From Deferribacterales bacterium (GTDB lineage: Bacteria; Chrysiogenota; Deferribacteres; Deferribacterales; Geovibrionaceae), in assembly GCA_050253335.1 (NCBI GenBank), contig JBFWJG010000031.1, forward strand, positions 1 through 31,753: a stretch of DNA of 31,753 nucleotides, in the 5' to 3' direction. The notes below the pieces were generated by a model. That model did not search any database. It saw only the letters and a list, made by a program, of their open reading frames with translations, and had not been told where the DNA came from. A program made the position numbers and the translations under genes. Below are positions 26,618 through 31,753 of this stretch, in pieces (position 1 is the stretch's first letter; each line of letters starts with the position of its first letter).

Positions 26618-28432
26618 ATGCCTTTTAAGCCTGTGAGTGCGCCTGAGAGCGTGGTCAAGAACGCGGACAAGCTTTTTAAGCCTGCTTCATACGATATTAG
26701 AGCCTATGTGGGCGAGCCGGGAAACTTCTTCGGGGAGAAGGCTGTCTTCACGCCGGATGCGGCAAGAACAGCGGGAATCCTCATGGGCGGGCTGAGCTTC
26801 ACTCTCCGCAGCGGTGAAAAAATCGCCCTTAACGAGGGCGATGCGTGCGTAATCGGCTATGACAACGGCCCCACGTCAAAAGCACTGGCGGAATCCTTTG
26901 CGGAGGGTCTGGCGGAAACAGGCGTGAATGTATATATCATAGGCGTTTCCGGCTCCGGTCAGGTTTATCAGAACCAGAACCAGCTCGGGGCGGATGCCCA
27001 TGTGCAGATAACCCGCTCCCATGTGGAAGTAACCACCAACGGCGCGAAATTCGGCATAGGAACGCAGGGGATACACACTTACCTGCTTAAACAGATGAAC
27101 GAGGCGCTGAAAACGAATGCTCCCGTCCGTTTCGGTTCCGCAAAAGGGAAAATCACTGATAAAACAGAAGAAGCATACGCCGTTTACTTTGACAAAATGG
27201 TGAGAACATATAAAGAGTACTTTGCGGATAAGGACACATCCAAAGTGGCTGTGAACCTTTTCGGCGGAACAGGCTGCAAATATGCCGATCTCTTCCGTGC
27301 GGTTTTCGGTGCGGATGTGCTGATTCTCGGCGCTGATCTGGATGTGAATTCGGGCGCGGCGCTGGCCGACCCCACCAGAAAAGAGATGATAGAAAGAGTT
27401 GACGGCTTCGCGGAAGCTCTCTCGGAAGGCTTCCGCATACATTCTTTTGATCTGGACGCGGACAGAGGCTCCGTCACCTCCGGTGCTGATGCCCTCAAAA
27501 CAGGCGCGTCCGGACATTATCTCGGTGATGCGCTTGCGTATATTCTGGCTGATTACAAGCTGAAGAAATGCGTTCCCGAACTGCTTGAAAAGCTTTCCGA
27601 AAAAGGTGTAACGGCGGAAAAGACTGAGAGGATAAAGGAAATCGCGGAAACAGTTTATATAGATGCCCGCTACACCAGCGGGGTGAAGAGCTATATGGAA
27701 TCCCTCGGCGGGAAAACTGTTTTCCACACAAAAGGGCACTCCCTCTGGAAAGAGACAATAACGGCGAATATGGCTGAGATGGCGGAGCTTGCCGGATACG
27801 ACAGCATATCATCGTTCGTTGCGGATACAGGCTACAGGGATTACCAGATAGAGGCTTCGCTCCATTTCTTCACAACAGATGTTGAGGACGGAATGCCCCG
27901 TGATGATGCTGTGGAAAATATATTTGTTCTGGAGCAGGTGTTTGCAGAATCGGGAATAACAAATCTGAATGACTATTTCGCTTCAATACCCTTTCGTTTT
28001 ATAACAAAAGAGATAAGAACAACCTCCGTGAGCAATGAGGCGAAGGAGCAGATAACAAACGAAATCGTCAGGGTGATCCGCGATGCCTTCGGCAGGCTTG
28101 ATGGTGTCGAAACCGTCGAGTTTGACGGTCAGATACGGGCGGACTGGGCGGAAGGGTTCATAATGTACGGCATGTCTAACACATCCCCCAAGCTCACCTT
28201 CATGGCGGAAGGAACAACGGAGGAGATAAGGAACAGCGCCCTGCGTTTTCTCCTCGGTCTCCACAACCACTTCAAGGCGCAGTTCGGCGATAATGAGCCC
28301 ATGGATCTGGCTGAGAACGACTTTTTCGTGAAAGAAGCGGGCTACGGTCTGCCCGAACCGGATAAAGTCAGGCTGAATGATCAGGAGGTCAGGGCATTCC
28401 TGAAAGGTTTCGGAATAGACAAAGTTTTATAA
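26618..28432 (+). CDS. Divergent alpha-D-phosphohexomutase (PMM/PGM superfamily)
   Basis: YDIR, IGYD, TRSH (phosphoserine loop), DLDADR (metal loop), EASLH and SNTSP; ATG at 26618 with GGGGA RBS. Confidence 0.8.
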   Translation: MPFKPVSAPESVVKNADKLFKPASYDIRAYVGEPGNFFGEKAVFTPDAARTAGILMGGLSFTLRSGEKIALNEGDACVIGYDNGPTSKALAESFAEGLAETGVNVYIIGVSGSGQVYQNQNQLGADAHVQITRSHVEVTTNGAKFGIGTQGIHTYLLKQMNEALKTNAPVRFGSAKGKITDKTEEAYAVYFDKMVRTYKEYFADKDTSKVAVNLFGGTGCKYADLFRAVFGADVLILGADLDVNSGAALADPTRKEMIERVDGFAEALSEGFRIHSFDLDADRGSVTSGADALKTGASGHYLGDALAYILADYKLKKCVPELLEKLSEKGVTAEKTERIKEIAETVYIDARYTSGVKSYMESLGGKTVFHTKGHSLWKETITANMAEMAELAGYDSISSFVADTGYRDYQIEASLHFFTTDVEDGMPRDDAVENIFVLEQVFAESGITNLNDYFASIPFRFITKEIRTTSVSNEAKEQITNEIVRVIRDAFGRLDGVETVEFDGQIRADWAEGFIMYGMSNTSPKLTFMAEGTTEEIRNSALRFLLGLHNHFKAQFGDNEPMDLAENDFFVKEAGYGLPEPDKVRLNDQEVRAFLKGFGIDKVL

Positions 28433-28453
28433 AATACAGAGCAAGGAATATAT

Positions 28454-29218
28454 ATGCTGGCGAAGAGAATTATCCCCTGTCTGGATGTTAAGGACGGCAG
28501 GGTCGTAAAGGGAACAAATTTTGTGAATCTGCGTGATGCGGGCGATCCTGTGGAAGTGGCGCAGATTTATGATGAACAGGGCGCGGATGAACTTACTTTC
28601 CTTGATATAACAGCCAGTTCCGATAACAGAAGCATCATTCTCGATGTGGTGGCAAAAACTGCGGAGCGTGTGTTTATGCCTGTTACCGTGGGCGGTGGTG
28701 TGCGTACTCTTGATGATATACGCAATCTGCTGAACTCCGGCGCGGACAAGGTTTCCATAAACTCGGCGGCGGTCGCCAGACCGGAGTTTGTCAGCGAGGC
28801 GGCACTGAGGTTCGGCTCGCAGTGCACAGTCGTAGCCATAGATGCGAAAATGAAGGCGGACGGCAGCGGCTGGGAGGTTTATACCCACGGCGGACGCAAA
28901 GCCACGGGGATTGATGTTGTTGAGTGGGCTGTGCTGATGGAAAAATACGGCAGCGGAGAAATTCTGCTCACAAGTATGGACAAGGACGGCGTTAAGGACG
29001 GGTTTGACCTGAAACTTACCCGTGCCGTGGCGGATGCCGTGTCGATACCCGTCATCGCCTCCGGCGGGGCGGGAAACCCTCAACATATGTACGAAGGGGT
29101 AACGCAGGGCGGCGCGGACGCTGTTCTGGCGGCAAGCATATTTCACTATAAGGAATACTCAATCGCAGAGGTGAAAGAGTACCTCGCGGAAAGAGGCGTT
29201 CCGGTAAGGATGGTATAA
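28454..29218 (+). CDS. hisF: Imidazole glycerol phosphate synthase cyclase subunit
   Basis: [12 protein letters not shown]...GADEL.FLDITAS...VIASGGAG. Confidence 0.98.
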   Translation: MLAKRIIPCLDVKDGRVVKGTNFVNLRDAGDPVEVAQIYDEQGADELTFLDITASSDNRSIILDVVAKTAERVFMPVTVGGGVRTLDDIRNLLNSGADKVSINSAAVARPEFVSEAALRFGSQCTVVAIDAKMKADGSGWEVYTHGGRKATGIDVVEWAVLMEKYGSGEILLTSMDKDGVKDGFDLKLTRAVADAVSIPVIASGGAGNPQHMYEGVTQGGADAVLAASIFHYKEYSIAEVKEYLAERGVPVRMV

Positions 29219-29521
29219 ATGAACACTGAGATAATAGGCAAACTGGTAGAAACTGTCAGAGAAAGAAAACGCAACCCGCAGGACGACTCATACACCTGCA
29301 AGCTTCTGGAAGCGGGCGAAAATAAGCTTGTCAAAAAGCTGGGCGAGGAAAACGCCGAGTTCATCAGGGCTTTTCTGAAAGAGAGCGATGAATCCGTGGC
29401 GGGGGAAGCCGCAGACATAATTTATCATATGGTGGTTGCTTTGGAATACAGAGGCGTGGCGTTTGAGGCCGTTCTGGATGTTCTGGAGAACCGTTTCGGG
29501 AAATCCGGCATAAGGAAATGA
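29219..29521 (+). CDS. hisE: Phosphoribosyl-ATP pyrophosphatase
   Basis: SYT..L...KKLGEE...EAADIIYH. Confidence 0.93.
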   Translation: MNTEIIGKLVETVRERKRNPQDDSYTCKLLEAGENKLVKKLGEENAEFIRAFLKESDESVAGEAADIIYHMVVALEYRGVAFEAVLDVLENRFGKSGIRK

Positions 29522-30234
29522 TTTACACCCATATTTTTGATGAGGCAGCTCCGCTTCTGGAAAATGCAGAAATTCAGGACTATATTCTGGGGCTTGACTA
29601 TATAGCAGTCAAAACCGATGCGGGAAGCGGCATGGCATACACCTTCCGGGGTGAACTGCCCATGCGCAGAACCGCCAGAACCATGGAAGAGGATCTGCGC
29701 GGAAGAAACGCACTGGAAACGGCGGAGAAATATTACTTCTCGGAGAACAGCTTCGAGGCGGGAATCGGCCTTGCGGTTATCAACTCCGCACTCAATAACA
29801 GAACCTCCTCGGCAGAAGATTTTCTCCGTCCTGAAACATTCAGGGGGAAAAAGGTCGGCATGGTCGGCTGGTTCCGCCCTATGCTTGAGATGATGAAAGA
29901 GGCCGGAGCGGATCTTGAAATCTTTGAACTCAAGGACATAGAAGGAACGCATAAGCCGGAGGCCGCAGCGGAAATAATGCCTCAGTGCGATGTGGTGATG
30001 ATTACTGGGGTAACATTCATCAACAAAACCTTCCATACATATGTGCCTCATATCCGTAAAGAAGCGTTCAGGATCATTCTGGGACCGACCACTCCCATGT
30101 CGAAGCATCTTATTGACACCGGCTGGCATCTGGCGGGAACAAGGATACTGAGCTTTGAAAAGGCGGCGGACTGCATATCCCACGGCCTAGGTACGAGGAA
30201 CGTTAAGGGAGCAGTGGAGAAGATCTGGATCTGA
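29518..30234 (+). CDS. DUF364/Rossmann-like domain protein
   Basis: GLAVINSAL, VGMVG.F.P, ITGVTFINKT and LGPTTP motifs. Confidence 0.75.
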   Translation: MIYTHIFDEAAPLLENAEIQDYILGLDYIAVKTDAGSGMAYTFRGELPMRRTARTMEEDLRGRNALETAEKYYFSENSFEAGIGLAVINSALNNRTSSAEDFLRPETFRGKKVGMVGWFRPMLEMMKEAGADLEIFELKDIEGTHKPEAAAEIMPQCDVVMITGVTFINKTFHTYVPHIRKEAFRIILGPTTPMSKHLIDTGWHLAGTRILSFEKAADCISHGLGTRNVKGAVEKIWI

Positions 30235-30266
30235 CAATTAATTTACGTTTTCAATAAAAATAGATA

Positions 30267-30295
30267 TTGACATATGTGAATCACGGGAGCATTAT
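30267..30295 (+). promoter_or_regulatory. Promoter of the aroF leader
   Basis: TTGACA-17 bp-CATTAT; predicted start site at or near the leader ATG (30303). Confidence 0.6.
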
Positions 30296-30302
30296 AGTCA
30301 CC

Positions 30303-30380
30303 ATGAACAATGTAAAGGCATATTTTAACTACTTTTTTAGCGGCTTTTATTTTTACTTCTTCTTTGAAGAGGCTGCTTAG
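30303..30380 (+). CDS. Phe/Tyr-rich leader peptide (MNNVKAYFNYFFSGFYFYFFFEEAA)
   Basis: 25 codons with 8 Phe and 4 Tyr within residues 7-21, upstream of a terminator and of DAHP synthase. Confidence 0.85.
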   Translation: MNNVKAYFNYFFSGFYFYFFFEEAA

Positions 30381-30415
30381 GGTGTAGTTAAAATACAGGA
30401 AATGTATAAAATAAC

Positions 30416-30453
30416 AAGGCCGCGGGCAGCAGAAAGCCCCGCGGCCTTTTTTT
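30416..30453 (+). terminator. Attenuator terminator upstream of aroF
   Basis: AAGGCCGCGGG-loop-CCCGCGGCCTT followed by a T run. Confidence 0.88.
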
Positions 30454-30510
30454 ATGTCCGCATAAGGGGTCTTTTCTCTCACCGCCGCCGGAAATTTTCG
30501 GAGGAAAGTT

Positions 30511-31527
30511 ATGATAGTAGTAATGAGGATGGACGCGGAAGAACAGCACCTGAAAGACGTGGTGGCAAGAGCGGAGGAACTCGGTTTCAGCCCCCACGTC
30601 ATCTACGGAAAAGAGCGCAATGTAATAGGCATTGTGGGCACTAACGTCAAGAAAGACAGTGTCTGCGTAATATCCGAGATGCCCGGTGTCGACAACATAG
30701 TCCCCATCAGCAAACCCTACAAACTCGCCAGCAAAGAAGTCAAACCTGAAACATCAATCGTGGACGTATGCGGAGTAAAATTCGGCGGAGGGGAAATTCC
30801 CATAATCGCAGGCCCCTGCTCCGTGGAGTCAGAGGAGCAGATAGTCCGCTCCGCGCAGATGGTTAAGGCGGCAGGAGCCAAAATTCTCCGCGGCGGCGCA
30901 TTCAAACCGAGAACAAGCCCCTACGCTTTCCAGGGGCATGGTGAAGAGGGGCTTAAATACCTCGCCACCGCAAGGCAGGAGACAGGCCTTCCCGTATGCA
31001 CCGAGGTGGTAAACCCCAGAAACGTTGAGCTTGTTTACAAATACACCGATATGTTTCAGGTAGGCGCGCGCAATATACAGAACTTCGCCCTGCTTTCCAT
31101 GCTGGGGCAGACTGATAAGCCTGTTCTGCTTAAACGCGGCATGTCCACTACTATAGAAGAGTTCCTCATGGCCGCTGAGTACATCCTCAGTGAGGGGAAT
31201 CAGAGAGTCATCCTCTGCGAAAGGGGTATCAGAACGTTTGAGACAGCAACAAGAAACACGCTTGATATAAGCTGCGTTCCTGTTGTTAAGGATAAATCGC
31301 ACCTGCCGATAATCATCGACCCCAGCCACTCCGGCGGACACAGGCAGTACGTGTCTGCTTTGTCTAAATCAGCCATCGCAGTCGGAGCGGACGGCGTGAT
31401 AATAGAGGTTCACCCCGAGCCCGACAAGGCATGGAGCGATGCCGCCCAGACCATCAGCCCCGAACACTTCATCCAGCTTATGGGCGAAATGAGAGCTGTT
31501 GCCCTCGCCGTCGGCAGGTACATGTAA
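30511..31527 (+). CDS. aroF: DAHP synthase type I-beta with N-terminal ACT-like regulatory domain
   Basis: IAGPCSVES, KPRTS, QVGARN, LKRG, CERGIRTF and DPSH motifs; MIVVM N-terminal domain. Confidence 0.96.
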   Translation: MIVVMRMDAEEQHLKDVVARAEELGFSPHVIYGKERNVIGIVGTNVKKDSVCVISEMPGVDNIVPISKPYKLASKEVKPETSIVDVCGVKFGGGEIPIIAGPCSVESEEQIVRSAQMVKAAGAKILRGGAFKPRTSPYAFQGHGEEGLKYLATARQETGLPVCTEVVNPRNVELVYKYTDMFQVGARNIQNFALLSMLGQTDKPVLLKRGMSTTIEEFLMAAEYILSEGNQRVILCERGIRTFETATRNTLDISCVPVVKDKSHLPIIIDPSHSGGHRQYVSALSKSAIAVGADGVIIEVHPEPDKAWSDAAQTISPEHFIQLMGEMRAVALAVGRYM

Positions 31528-31700
31528 GCCTTATCCGCTTATAATATTGCCTCCACGCCCCCAGGGATGGGGGCGCGCCGTGCGAGCGAAGGCAGGTTCA
31601 CCCTGCCGCGAGCGTGTATAAAAAATTCCCATGGAAGGAGAATTTTTTTTTGTGAAGTCAGAGAGCTGTTGCCCTCGCCGTCGGCTGGTACATGTAAACC
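31491..31700 (+). repeat. 40-bp direct repeat of the aroF 3' end flanking a 130-bp hairpin-rich insert
   Basis: 31491-31530 versus 31661-31700, 38/40 identical; hairpins at 31556-31575, 31591-31607 and about 31620-31650. Confidence 0.85.
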
Positions 31701-31753
31701 CGGACCGCAAAAACTCTTTGCCTCCTGCTCTGTGTTGTCAATACATACCGCTT

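Noticed and set aside
28427..30183. Long antisense ORFs (239 aa and 252 aa) and similar ones elsewhere in the track
   Set aside because: They lie opposite well-supported genes (hisF, DUF364-like) and have no recognisable motifs
30243..30644. ORF-track ORFs across the aroF leader (119, 69 and 80 aa)
   Set aside because: They run through the terminator or overlap aroF; the short Phe/Tyr leader explains the region

Overview
Bacterial chromosomal window from an anaerobic respirer; the protein style suggests Deferribacterota (Geovibrio/Denitrovibrio-like), which is an inference. Left part: two sensor kinases, a response regulator, a Nudix hydrolase, and a reduced extH-I-J-M-N-like operon (rhodanese lipoprotein, porin, small GC-tailed protein, two multiheme cytochromes). 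These are followed by a thioesterase, a TrkA/CPA2 antiporter pair, a lipoprotein and mscL. Centre: a ~10.4 kb AT-rich integrative element inserted at the 3' end of tRNA-Phe (att repeats at 15933 and 26368). It carries a P4-type integrase, AlpA, a Cys4 mini-protein, a Rep_trans rolling-circle initiator, two RelE/ParE-type toxin-antitoxin pairs, an unannotated Type ISP R-M remnant, and a three-gene R-M-like operon (half-methyltransferase, NPPY methyltransferase, GIY-YIG-helicase). Right part: a divergent phosphohexomutase, hisF, hisE, a DUF364-like gene and aroF. aroF is preceded by an unannotated Phe/Tyr-rich leader peptide with attenuator structure and followed by a 40-bp duplication of its 3' end around a hairpin-rich insert. 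Best candidates for novelty: the apparently complementary split-methyltransferase defence operon, the minimalist rolling-circle island, and the Phe/Tyr attenuator on DAHP synthase.
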